From Folioceros fuciformis (taxonomy: Eukaryota): DNA of 64,000 nt. Numbering within the stretch: the first letter of the stretch is position 1; each line of letters begins with the position of its first letter. The position numbers and the translations under genes are program-made. Under the pieces are notes generated by a model. The model was not told the origin of the DNA and searched no databases. It saw only the letters and a list, made by a program, of their open reading frames with translations. Where the stretch lies: the NCBI GenBank assembly GCA_049999805.1, contig JBNGIO010006380.1, forward strand, positions 112,769 to 176,768, written 5' to 3'. This document shows positions 32,915 to 45,724 of this stretch, piece after piece.

Positions 32915-35383
32915 ACCAAGAAATGTATACGCGGCCGCCTCCCCTCGTGCGTCTGCTCCTAGACAGGTCTGTTTCCGAATGTTATCCATATCCTGTTCTG
33001 TTAATTGGTGTGCAAGGAGCGCACATAGTAATGGCACTGAGCGTCGAGTCACCCACTCTACTCTATTACGAGATTCCTTAGCAATGGCAATCTGCCGCCT
33101 CTCTTCTGTCTCGAAGCGGTCACCGTCCTGGTTTCTCAATAACACAGACGCCCATGCTGTGAGAGACAGTTGGCAGTCGTCCTGGTTAACCCGCCCAGTA
33201 GGATACAGTCGGCAACGTTGTCCTCGGAAAACGAGCAACCGTCTCCTGCGCGTGGCTTCCACGATCTCCGTACATGCGCCTGGTGTGTGGCTGTGTACAA
33301 AATGGCGAATTCCGCATGACCTCTCCGCCTCAATGGCGGGACTCTAGAGATTATGGTGCTCTGTTCATCGTACAGTCACGGGATAATGTGGTCTTGATCC
33401 TTCCCTCCTATGACCGCCAAGTGGAGGGAGGAGAACGTTGGGAGGACAGACTGTAGAAAGTATGAACTTTTCTCTAGCTTACAACAATATATTATTATTA
33501 TTATATTTACTTTATCTCTTTTTTTAATGTATGAATAGATCTCAATGATTCCAAGTTCATAATCACGTACCAGATTAAAGCGCGAAATAGTTTAGGGATT
33601 AGTAACACGAAATAAAGCTGTTTCAGAATGTTAATTAAAAATATTCAGATGTTATACCTAAAAATCCACATGCATACATACTGGACGAGGAATGCGCAGT
33701 AATTGGTGTACGTGCGAGTGATACGAGATGTTGGATGAATGCAGGGGGTGATGTTCAAAATTCAAAGCGCAGTGTCCCAGTTTGCGCCGGCTCCCGCCAG
33801 GGTCCCGGGTCCCTGTCCGGCAACCCTCGGTTGGTTTGTCCGTTGCTCAATAAAATCGGTGTCCCTATTTCCGCGTGCAGTAGTGATACTGGCATGTGTG
33901 CAGGTGCCTGCCTGTTACAGGATCGAGAGCCAGATCTGGTACTAGGTGTCGGCGCAATGGCTCCTGTGTTGTACTGACTTCCCGCCTTCCGGCACCAGCA
34001 ACAGCACCAGCAAGGGGGGCCTGGCACATTTGCAGTGCAACATTTTCCCTCCGGATCGCGCGGCCGCTGCCACCGGGCCCCTCTCTCATCACTATCCATG
34101 CGGCCAGCTCCATCTCCCAGGCCGTCTGCACCTCCTGCTGGGCCCCATCGCAGTTACAGCTATCTACTCTACTACCGTCGAGCTCTGCAGACCCGCGCAT
34201 CAGCCTCCCTCGCGGCCTGCCTTGACAGCCTGCTGCATCTCCTTCTCCTGTCCCGATTTAGCTCTGCCTTCACGGATTGGCACTGCGGGTGCGAGTGCGG
34301 GTGTGGCGTGGGAGTTCCCCCGAGACGCTCTGGATAGTAGGCCCCTCCAGCTCCTCCCTCCGGGGATGATTCTTGCTGCGTGATTACAACTTCACTTGAA
34401 CATCCCAGCCTCCTGATTTGGTTCCCACCGAAGCAGTGTCCGGGCTGGAGGATCGTATCGCTTTCTGCCCGCCTACAGGAGTGGTACAAAAGCGCTACAG
34501 GAGCGCTACATCGGCTGTACAGCAGGCCCGCAAGAGCTCTACAGGAGCTCTAAACAAAGGCGCTGCCGGAGCTGCCGGGATTTTAGGCCGGCTCAAGCCG
34601 GGCCCTCCCTTTGCTCTCTGCGCCCGGGCGCTTGTTAATTCCCTTGTTACTCTCTGATCTGCCGGACATCGGGTCTGGAACCTTGTTGCCTCCTGGAGTC
34701 GTCAAGGCCCCCTTGTTGTCCAGACGCCAATGCGCAGAACGGAAAGTCATGCGGACTTCATTTCCATAGCCCAGAGCTTGGAAGGTTCGAGCAGCTGCAT
34801 CAAGGCCGTGTCTTCCTGGGATCGCCATGAGGCTGGAGCACAGAGATTGGCGCCCTTGTCCCCGTGACCAGGCCGAATTCGGGCACTCTTGCTTCCCCTG
34901 TCAATGCAATCCATTCTCCTCGTCAGATCAAGTGCTGTGAGCTTCGGAGGCTGAGTCAGGAGTCTGCCGGCGAATTGGTGACACTTCGAAATCAGGTACT
35001 TGCTCGTGTACACGTCGAGAGGCTGTCTCTTTGCCTGCTCCTTCCCTCGAAGATCTGGTGTGATGTCGGCAGCCTTGGGTGCTCGTTTTCTCCTGCAGTT
35101 GTAATCGGTGATCACTGAAACGTATGTCCGACTTCCTCTTGGCGTTGTGCAGGCAGGGGCGGCGGGATGAGTTTTTCATTCGGGCGATTGCGGTCTCCAT
35201 TTGGCCATCTGTATCAGCCGCACAATGCTAGGAAGGGACAAAATCCTCTCGACGCAATGCATTTATCTTCCATCCGTAAGTATCCGTGCTCCTTTGAGGG
35301 ACTTTGTTCTCGGCACTCGTGTGGAAGCTGTCATGGGGCGCCGTGCTGAACTGAACATATAGGCCTGTTTGTGTCTCTCAGAA

Positions 35384-37703
35384 ATGCAGGATTCCTCTGA
35401 ACTGGTGCCTATATCGTCTGTGGTGGGCACTCTCATCAGTTTGTATAACCAAGTGGATGCGCTGATAGACGAGGCCAAGATCAAGGACCAAGTAGCCTGG
35501 GAGCTGCAAACAGACCTTCGCTTTCTCCCCTCCGTTGTAGCGGAGGTGATTCCCGCCTTGAATACCGGGAACAGCCACTTCGACAGAAACTTCTTCCGAG
35601 TGGTACAGCTCATGTGCAAAGGTCTAGAGGAGGCAAGGGGAGCCCTGGATGAGTATATATTGGCCAATATCCACATCCTGCAGCTACGGACTCTAAGTCG
35701 TCGTCTTGCGGATGCAAGGAACCGCATTAGGCATGCGGTCTCTCTGTACAATACATACTGCAACACCCATCAGATGACCAAACCTGGGACAGGACCAGAG
35801 ACCAACAGCTCCATTGAAGTACAGGAACCCAGAAGGATAAGCAACGTGTGTTCCACCGACCCGCTTCTCAAGTTGAAGGAGTCGCTCCAGGAGCTGGAAA
35901 ATGCTGCGTCTCAGCCATGTCCCAGGAAGATACTCAAGCTTGTGGCCAGGCTGAGAACCAGTAAGTACAACTTGGGCTCCTCCCTGTACAAGTCCTTCAC
36001 CATGAACGAGCTGGAGCACTTTTGCAGAGTGGGCGGGCTAGAGGCTCTGGTGCATCTCCTCAGTTGTCCTTCTCACACGGTGCAGAAGCAGACCATGGCC
36101 AACCTGCAGAGCCTGGCCTCCGACCTGGAGACTCGAGAGAAGATATGCTCCACAGCAGGGGCGCTGGAGCAACTGGGCTCCCTCATTATCTCTGCTACTG
36201 GAGACATACAGTACGGAGCTGTTGCCATCGTGAGGACCCTGCTCAAGAACAACGACAGGATAGATGTCAGGAGATTTGCTCTTCCCGGAATCATCCCCAA
36301 GCTGATGCAGCTCTTGGCGATCAGCTCTCCCAGAGTGCAGGCAAACGCCGTTGGGGTTCTGTGGGAGCTCTGTGTGGTGCCACAGCATAGGTTGAGCATC
36401 GCAGGCTTTCCAGGGGCTGCTGGAATATTCGTCAAGCTCTTCAGCTCTCCAGCTCCTGCAGTGCAATTTTGTGCAGCAGCTGTTTTACAAAACCTTTGCA
36501 GAGAGAAATCATTCCGAGGAAACGTCCTGGCTATTCCCTCACCCCCGGAGAAGCTTCTCGCACTCCTTGGGGCGGACGTACCGCACATTCCATCTTCTCG
36601 GAATCAGGTCTAAATTCAAAATCTCTCACGTCGATGCTGCAGCAATCCAGACTTTACGCTCGATCAACTCTCCTGACTAACGCTGAGAACTGTGCATCTT
36701 CCTGTAGGTGACAAGGAAACGTGAAGACCTTGCTTCGGCAGGAGTGATCGGATGGGCGGTGGCAAGCCTTGAGGCTGAGACTCACGCAGAGCAAATGAAG
36801 GGCCTGGATGTTTTGCAGAGGTTTCCATCTCCTCTCATGCAGATTGCTGTTTCAGAGGGCGCCGTGTTGAGGCTGGTCGGACTTCTTTTCTCAGAATCTA
36901 CTGTCATCCAGGAAAAGGCTGCCATAGCTCTATGGAGACTATCCATTCCTGATGAGAACGAAGTGACGATTGCAGCCCAGACGTCTTCCATCTCTAGGCT
37001 GGTTGCCATGCTCGACTCTCCGGTTCTCAGCGTTCAAGAGAGTGCCGTCAAGGTTCTTGAAAGCCTCTCCTTCAATGTGGACAACAGGAAGCGGATTGGA
37101 GATGAGGAAGGTGCCATACAGAAGCTCGTTGATCTGCTCTTTCTCGACTCTCTTGGTGCCCAAGCAAATGCAGCAAGTGCCCTGTGGAACATCTCCAACA
37201 CCACCACTAAGAACAAACTCAGAATTGGCGCTGCGCCGGGAGCTCTTCAGAGACTGGTGGACCTTCTTGCTTCGGATTGCACTCTGGTCCAAGAAAAGGC
37301 AGCTGGGGCTCTTATGAACCTTTCCTACAATGGGTCCAATCGCAGGTGTATCTCCAGCGTACCCAATGTCTTCCTCAGATTGGTCGACCTGCTTGAGTCC
37401 ACGTCCACCTTGGTCCACCAGAACGCTGCAGGTGCCTTGTACAACTTGTCAGTGACTAGTGATAATGGTCAAGCTATCGCAAACACCAAGGGAGCTCTAC
37501 TCAATCTCACTCTCCTGCTTAAGAGCATGTCCACTATTGTTCAGGAGTACGCAGCTGGCGCTCTTGCCAATCTGGCATTCAGCGAAGAAACCAAGGAATG
37601 GATCAGGCAAGTAGGGGCTATTCCTTTGTTGAAGCAGCTCAAGCAATCAAGCTCTCAAGCCGTTAAGACGCAAGCCAAGAGGGCTCTAGACAACTGTTCA
37701 TGA
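35384..37703 (+). CDS. Armadillo-repeat protein with N-terminal helical-bundle domain (2 exons; intron 36608-36707)
   Basis: Repeated ARM motifs (VQANAVGVLWEL, IQEKAAIALWRLS, AQANAASALWNIS, VQEKAAGALMNLS, VQEYAAGALANLA). A phase-0 GT-AG intron joins the two ORFs. No U-box motif seen. Confidence 0.88.
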
Positions 37704-38264
37704 CCAGTGTTCTCGGTAGTCTAGAATGTACACTGTGTAAGAGTCAAGAGTTCTGAAATTTAGAAGCAATGGTGAAATAGCTTCTCTTCACCACCTGGCT
37801 ATGTTTAACCTCCAAGCGGTCTCCGTCAACAACACGCTGCATTTGCTCTACATTGCTCTACAGCTACAGGTACGAGTAGGGCTGTTAGTTGAACTGTCTA
37901 CACAGTACAGTCTTGCGGATGCCACAACCACAGTACATAAAGAAGAATTGATTCATTTCCAACAAGCACAAGGCCAAAACCTACTAGGGAGCAGTGCCCC
38001 ACCACTTCGCTGACAATCGAGAGCAGTTTATTCAAAATGGCGTGAAGAGGTCCAGTTTGCAAAACTCAAAACTTCCAACTGAGAGGTCGAAGTACAAAAG
38101 AAGCCTGAAATTTAACAAGCTCCAACAGAGCCTTTCAGTCAGACGACACACAAACCGCAAGTCCTCCCTCCTTGTGAGACTCCAAGCCCAGCAACCGGAT
38201 GCTAGTTTTAAGGTGAGTTGCACTGCTTCTTGCCCGGTTCCCTTCATCCTCAGTTAGAAGGCTT

Positions 38265-38834
38265 CTAATGATGGCCTCCTGGCCGACCTCCCGCTCCGAT
38301 GGTCTTAAGCTGGAATATCTGAGTGCAAACAGGGCACTCATACGGTTCTCCCTTCTTTAGCCTGAACCAAACCACATCATGCTCGTCTTCACCCACACCT
38401 CCTGAACAGCCAACAATACGCTCGTCGAAGTGCGACGGAATAATGGCAGGCGCTTCCTTGGTGCCAAAAGGCCCACGGGGAGGTTCCATTTCAAAACGCT
38501 GCTCGCCCCGGAGCTCGGCTTCCAATTCCTCACGTTCCAGACCCGTAGCATGTTGCAGGCTCCTATCGCTCAAAGCCGAGGCATCGCTCTTCTTCGCAGA
38601 ACTCATCAACACACGGCTCCCATGCAACCATCCACCTGAGCATGAGAAACCACGGTGCGGCTGCGACGAAGAAATCCACAAAATCTCATTTTGGAAACCC
38701 AGAGATGATGCGACACTCTGGGAAGGGGCGGCAACTCCACCCGCGACACCACCTGAGGTTGTGCCTCCCGCAGCGGTGCCACTGCTGCGCAAGATCGCCC
38801 CGTGGCGGAGAAGCCTGCCCAACGACCTTGACAT
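38265..38834 (-). CDS. COX5B: Cytochrome c oxidase subunit 5b, mitochondrial, intronless CDS
   Basis: HATGLEREELEAEL...GPFGTKEAPAIIPSHFDERIVGCSGGVGEDEHDVVWFRLKKGEPYECPVCTQIFQL; Arg/Ser-rich presequence. Confidence 0.95.
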   Translation of the reverse strand: MSRSLGRLLRHGAILRSSGTAAGGTTSGGVAGGVAAPSQSVASSLGFQNEILWISSSQPHRGFSCSGGWLHGSRVLMSSAKKSDASALSDRSLQHATGLEREELEAELRGEQRFEMEPPRGPFGTKEAPAIIPSHFDERIVGCSGGVGEDEHDVVWFRLKKGEPYECPVCTQIFQLKTIGAGGRPGGHH

Positions 38835-40891
38835 GTTTCCAACACTCCGAATTTCGAGCTGGACTCAACAAACCTACCCAGATCCAAATTCGTAAAGAAT
38901 CAACCCCGCCTCAAAAGTTCGCTTAAGGCCTCTGAACCTGCCGAAAATGCGCAAATTATAGTTAAGGCACACATCTCGATGATAAAGGCTCTTTACCAAA
39001 TTTCCCTCTGCAAAATCTTCAGCAGAACATGGCGCCGACCAAAAAGGCTCTTCATACACCTCCGCTGCACCGCATGAAGGTCCCTTCCAACAAGCATGCT
39101 CTATCAAGCAAGATCAAGCCGCACAATGCAGCTACAGAAGTCATCACATACAGCAACAACTCGTCAACCCTAGTGCAACACAGTCCAGCCGGCATCACAA
39201 CCAACAGATCTCACACATTCTCACAAAAAACGCATACAGCCTCACTGTAAAATTCCCCGTTACACAACCAGCACCGCAACAACGAGCCACAAAACCACAA
39301 AACTTGCAGTCTACTCAAGATTCTACTCACACTCAGACCGCGGCAGCCCCAATCTTCCCGTGCCGCAAAAATCCAACACTCTGCTCACGCCTGGCGATGA
39401 CATTCAGAGCAAGCCCTTACCAGCATCCAGTACAGAAGTCTGTTAAGGACCTCCCAAGCGTTTAGCTCTGAGCAGGGAAAATTCCTGCAATCTTCTGGAT
39501 CGGGAGCACTCGCAGATGGAACACGATGTCACAGATCCGAGCTGTGCCACTACACGCTTTCAGTGCGAGGCGGAAGTGATTTGCTCCCGCCAGCAGGCGA
39601 TCAGGCACAGAGCGGAGGAAGCGGAGAGAAAGTACAAATATTAGGCCGTAATAACGTAGCTAGGGTTGCGGCAGGGGAATTCGCATAATGTGTAATCGGG
39701 GGCCGGATTGTTTCGCTTCCCGTTGGCTTTCTTTATGTTTATTCTTAACCTCCGTGTCAGTACCCCACGTCGTTTTTTCCCTCAAGCATTGGGGGAGTAG
39801 GTCGGACAGGGACTCCAGATGTTTTTTTATTAAAATACGTATTTTATACACAAATATTCTATAGAATCTAAGGAATATTCCCCTATTCCCTGCCACCCTT
39901 CCAAATTTTTTAAAATATCTCTAACCACTTTGTGGACCAAAAGGGACATAGTCTATAAGAAATCGCCTGACGATTCTTTAAAGAGCGACGCAGGTCGCGA
40001 CGGTGGGTGTGCCTTCGTTGCATGGATTGTGCTCTCCTCCCTTGCTTTTCCGCCCTACTGCCTTCTAGAACTCGAAATGCAGCGCTGGGTTGCTTCCAAA
40101 ACCTCAATTTTGCTTTGGTATGCTTGGTTTGGCTACAAGCAAACGTGGCGTTCAGAGGTTTCGAGTTGCCAATGTGCGGAATTTAATGTTCAGGTGCTTG
40201 GAAACAAGCTGACACCAGAGCATGGCTCTACAATCCCGAGGGAGTGAGGACCAGACCACTCGGCATCAATTCCGCCCCAATCGGCAGGTTTCTCCCGGCA
40301 CTTGCAAAGTGATGATTTTCCCCCTTCCGGGCAAGCTTGGATATTGGGGATGAGATTTGCAACGGGAATGCCAGGGATTATCCCCAAGCTTTCATCCTTG
40401 ACGCGGTTTTGTGGCACCCGTTCCTGCAGCACTAGGAATTCTCATCTGGAAGCTGGACGCAAACACTTATCTGGACAACCCGGTGCTAGAGAGGATAAAA
40501 TAGGAGCGTGGGTACAACCACTAGGTACGTTGGAAGTGTTAAATTCGTGTTGTGCAGCATCGAAGTTTCTAAGATCTCCTCATCTGCTCTTGGCATCGGT
40601 TTGAAAAGTCAAGGGTCATGGCAACCAGCTCAAAGATAGCCTTCGGTCGCTTATGTTAGAGATGACCGGTGGCGTGCCATGCGCAACATTTTCTTGCCTT
40701 TGTTCCACAAATCAAGTATCGTGAACTACCTGCTAGTGATGACAGAGTGTGCCGACAAGCTGTGCACCATCCTATAACACTTGGAGACGAGATGGACCNN
40801 NNNNNNNNCGACAAGCTGTGCACCATCCTATAACACTTGGAGACGAGATGGACCGGGACATGAGGGATAAAACAAAGTAGGTGTCCCGTTC

Positions 40892-40973
40892 GGGACACCT
40901 ACTTTGTGCCCTATGATCGAAGGGGGCACAAGGGACACCTACTTTGTGCCCTATGATCGAAGGGGGCACAAGG
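40892..40973. repeat. About 41-bp tandem repeat x2
   Basis: gggacacctactttgtgccctatgatcgaagggggcacaag occurs twice in tandem. Confidence 0.85.
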
Positions 40974-43451
40974 GTTATGTCCGTTATATTTGCAACGTAT
41001 ACCGCCACCCTAAAATTTCTATGAAAGAACCCCTGTCCGTATCGGTATTCCATAAGTAGGAGAGATTTTATTATAAAAAAATATCCATCATTGATCCACC
41101 CGTTTGGGGACATACTTCAGTAAGCAAATATGGTGGGTTTTGTTGGTTCTACCATTTAGAAAATTTGTATCATAAGTAGAATAAGGGGTGATCAGCAAAA
41201 TAAATACAAGGACCATGGGTTGAAAGCGCGTGATTTGCTTTCATCTCAATATTTCGTCTCATTTGCTTTCATTCTTATATTTGGTCTTGTGCTTTCTACG
41301 CTTTAATACGATGCAAGATGGCGAGAAAACCATGGAAGAAAAGTAGGAAGGACAACGATAGCAATAACAAGGATTCCAAGTCCCCACATAGCCCCCTAAA
41401 GAAGAAATCTAAAAAACGTAGCCTCTCAAAGAAACCTGATGAAAAGCCTAAATCCCAAGCTGAGGAAATTTCCGCTAAAGGTGGAAGATGTTTGAGACCC
41501 AATAGACACCACTCAGCAATTGTAAAATATAATTTAAAAGTAAGCTATTCTTGCATGCAAGTTGGGATTCATCATGTACATAGTTGATTAGAAGTATTGT
41601 TTACTTGGACTAGTTGATTAGAAATGTTGTTTATATGGACTAGTGCTACGTGGTTGAAATGAAATCAAATAATGTTCACTTCATCGTTATTTGGTGTTCC
41701 AGAAATTATGTCGTAGAAGTTGTTTGTCGGATGTTTCAATAGTACTCGACAGATACGCAAATAAAGAAGACAAAAAGGTAGATGTGACCTCATGTTACAT
41801 CCTTTTTTGTGAAGGCATGTAGGTGTGTTGTGCTTGGGCTTCATAGAGTAGGCTTGTGCAAGCTTATATTAAATTTATCCTCTTACCGTGATGCGAATCT
41901 ACAAAGTGGTCTCCAAGGTTTGGCAATCTATCAAGAGGAGCACAATGTAGACCAGCATGAGTTTCTTACAAATCTTCTTCTAGAAGCAAATGGTAAACCA
42001 GTTTGGCTATAATAAATTGGATAAGAGGTGTATTATGGTACAAGTTGTCAAGTACCAAGTCCCATGACAAATTTTTTTCTCTTCGGTGGGCGATATAATA
42101 AATTGAATAACATATATATTTTGTTACAAGTTGTTAAATGTTTAGTCCCAAGATGAAAATGTTTCCTCGTTCGACTCTAATGGACTCCAATAGACAAGTC
42201 TATTCTTCGTAGTCATTCATCTTATGACAATAGGATTGCTACAATAAATTATTTAACATGTTGATGTCATGTTGTCCCTAATGTTTTAACCACATATAAG
42301 GATAAACAAAAGTTTAGCTTAAAACTAGCAAGACATCATCATATTTGTAAGAAGGTAAAGAAGAGCAACATTGATATGCTATATACACTAGTTATGTGTA
42401 GGATAGCACATAGTTTCACCAAGATCATATATTATCACCATGTTTCTTCCCTCTACAAAGTTTCAAGAAATTTGCAAAGTTTTAAGTAGGAAAAAATTGT
42501 GTAGTATGTGTAGTCCTTCAATTTTGTCTTCCACTATATGTAAAAAAGGTTTTCCAACTTCGCATGGGTTTTCCTTGCAATAGATTTTTGAAATCGCTTA
42601 GTTTTGGAATCGTTATCACATATTTTGCTTTCATTTATTAAAAGTGAGACAGGGCCATTGGAAAGGTGCACCCTATCCTACGGAGACCACCAAATGCTAA
42701 ATATTTCTCCTCAAGTACAAGAACTTAGGTGTAATTTATATTTATTTTAGAAAAATTATCCTAAAGTTAACATAAATCACTCATCATCATACTATGAGAC
42801 ACTAGGGACAAACCTCTGAATTCTAATGACTACCAATAACACATAAAATATATGGTCAAATATTCACACAATAAACAAAAAGAACCATCCAAAGAAAAAG
42901 AACCAAAGACCCATCGAATTAGCACTTTTAGAAAGTTGGTGAGATCGTTGAGAATACGATGCCATTGCTTGACAGTAGGATCACAGGAATCCAGTATGAA
43001 GTTGATGACCATTTGAATGATCATCTGGTTGCCGTAAGCATGTTGAAGAGAGTTTGTCTACAATGTGGTAGAAGTCCATCACAACTAGACTACTATTGAA
43101 GTACTCTGTCACTACCTTCAGTAGGTGCTTGTTTGCCCATATGTCCACCTTGTACTCTAATATAACCTTCAAAACCTCTTAATCCACCTCGAGGAGTGTT
43201 TGTATCAAAACAAAACCATAAATATATTTTTTATTTATGAATTATTATTCTTCTTTTTTTACAATTTATTAGAGTCAAAAGGATCCACTTTGTTTGACAA
43301 AGTCTACCGGGAGACTTCGTAGGCAATTCTTTGCAAAGAGATGGTCATATATATGATGTCTTATATACCAAATTGGCCAATATTATCTAATGTCTTTTGC
43401 ATAAAGATATATTTCATGTCTTATACATCGAATTTGCCAACATTAGCCAAA

Positions 43452-44879
43452 GTGTCAAACATGATCATGTGCTGTCGTTTAGATGCATGCAAATAGTAAT
43501 TAGTCTAAAGTAGTAATAAGTCTTAAGGAGCAGGCATAAAAGCCTAGCTCATTGCAGCTGTAAGCTTGTATCCTCTTACTATATGTGGAATAAGCTTTCT
43601 TGTAAGGTGTTCGTGTGCACAATTACAAGATTATGTAACCTAATCGAGGATTTGAGATGCATTAGTCAAGTTACAGCTCTGAGAAGTGTAGATGTAGATT
43701 GAGGAGATTTTTGGTCTCTACAGGAAGCAAACGCTTCACTCTTGTAGAGCTGCAACACTATTATGCGGTGTTTAATGTGTGTGTAATTTGTCGTGGTGTG
43801 AGTATTATTAACTAATGAACCATGCATGAGTGCGATGTTTAGTGACACAACACGACAAACATCCTTTACAGAGGGATGAATATCTCAAATCTGCTACACC
43901 TCATTGGCCAACACCCTTTGAAGAATTATGACTATCTTATGCCGTATACACCATATTGGCCAATATTCATTGAAGAGCAATGAATATTTTACTTCATATA
44001 TATTGTATTAGCCAACCCTTTGTAGAGTAATAGATATCTTATATGCCACATTGGCCTACACCCATTGCAAAGTGATAAAGATAGCTAACATCTTATATTT
44101 CGCATTGGTTAAGGCCACTTGTAGATTTGGATACACCGCATAGGCTGATACCCTTTAAAGATCATCCTTTGTAGATACCTTAGGATATTTGTCGTATTAT
44201 ACGTTAGCATTCAGCAACACCTTTTGTGCAACAATTGATATATGATTTCTTATACATCACATTGGTCAAATGCCATTAGTAGAAAAATGGATATATGACA
44301 TCTGTCAAGCATGATTGTATGTTGTCGCTTAGATGCATGCAAATAGTAATTAGTTAATAATTAAGTGATTCTAATGAATGACATTAGTGATAATTAATAA
44401 TTAATTAGTAAAGATAATTAGAAAATATAATATAATATAAAGTCAAACACACAATTAGATGTGTGGATGAGGGTGCAACACGTCTCAAGTAACAGACATA
44501 AATGCCTAGCTCAACGCTACCCGGTGCAACTGCAAGCTTGTATTTTCTTACTTTCTAAGAATAGGCTTTCTCTTGAGGGAGCATTCTCTTGTTGGAAATC
44601 CCCTTGAGGTATGCAACAAGAAATCCCCTTGAGGTATGCGTGTGCGCAGTGTGCAAGATCAAATGACCCGATCGAGGATTTGAGAAGCCAACTTACAGCT
44701 CTGAGAAGTGTGGATGTAGGTGAAGGAGATTTCATGGTGTTCGAAGGAAGCAAACACTTCACTCTTACAAGCTTCCAGCTCCATCATGCAGTGTTTAATA
44801 ATGTGTGTGTAATGTGGTGTGGTGTGAGTATTGTTAACTAATGAACCATGCATGAGTGCAATGTTTAGCGGCACAACAC
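43452..44879. repeat. Dispersed diverged direct repeat (about 43452-43853 vs about 44302-44879)
   Basis: Shared ordered blocks tagatgcatgcaaatagtaattag, gcctagctca, atcgaggatttgaga, ttacagctctgagaagtgt.gatgtag, ttaactaatgaaccatgcatgagtgc.atgtttag.g.cacaacac. Confidence 0.85.
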
Positions 44880-45279
44880 CCTCTAAACTAGTCCTCTAAA
44901 CTAGTAACATCATTATAAAAAATTCCTTATTGCTCCCAAAATGTCATGATGTGGAATAAGGAAAGACCTACCTACCACCGGTGTCGAAGAAGTCGCTTGA
45001 CATGCGCTTGTTGCTATTCTAAAAACTACATTGGCCAATGCTTTTTGCAAAGCGATGAATACTCGTTGTTGAAAGGTCACCGCAGAGGAAGAGGGAGAAC
45101 ACCATTCCTATGACTCTAATAAAATCTTGGTGCACTCCTTGATGAGCCTTGAAAAGTCCTTGGTCATAGCCCCATGAGTCTAAATAGAAAGAGGCATAGC
45201 CCCATGAGTCTAAATAGAAAGAAGCATGAAAGTATGACTGTCTTACGAACAAGAATACTTATAGACTTTGGCGCTAAGC

Positions 45280-45724
45280 CTTGCACAACCCTTAACCCCC
45301 CATAAGGGAGGTGATGATGACATGCTCACAATTAACCCCCGGGGGTGATGATGACATGCTCACAATTAACCCCCCGGGGTGATGATGACATGCTCACAAT
45401 TAACCCCCCGGGGGTGACGATGACATACTCACAAATCGAATCCTTAGTGAGGTCCGTAACAACCCTTGCACAACCCTAAACCTCCTAATAAGGGGAGTGA
45501 TGATGACATGCTCACAATTAACCCCGGGGGTGATGATGACATACTCACAATTAACCCCCCGGGGTGATGATGACATTCTCACAATTAACCCCCCAGGGTG
45601 ATGATGACATACTCACAAATCGAATCCTTAGTGAAATCCGTCACAACCACATCAGTGACACAAACTCCGTCACAACCACATGAGTGACACAACGTCCGTC
45701 ACAACCACATCAGTGACACAAACT
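45280..45724. repeat. Higher-order satellite: 32-33-bp unit (gtgatgatgacat.ctcacaattaacccccgggg) in two blocks of about 185 bp, then a 29-bp unit x3
   Basis: Each block begins ccttgcacaaccct and ends ctcacaaatcgaatccttagtga; followed by tccgtcacaaccacat.agtgacacaa x3. Confidence 0.9.

Noticed and set aside
39661-39899. Possible hAT-like MITE (tagggttgcggcaggggaat ... attccctgccaccct)
   Set aside because: The terminal repeats are only partly complementary and no target-site duplication is visible.
40753-40854. 46-bp duplication flanking the 10-N gap
   Set aside because: Same gap-flank artefact pattern; it cannot be called a real repeat without reads.
45300-45640. CRISPR-like array of 32-33-bp repeats
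   Set aside because: The repeats are contiguous with no unique spacers, there are no cas genes, and the context is eukaryotic.
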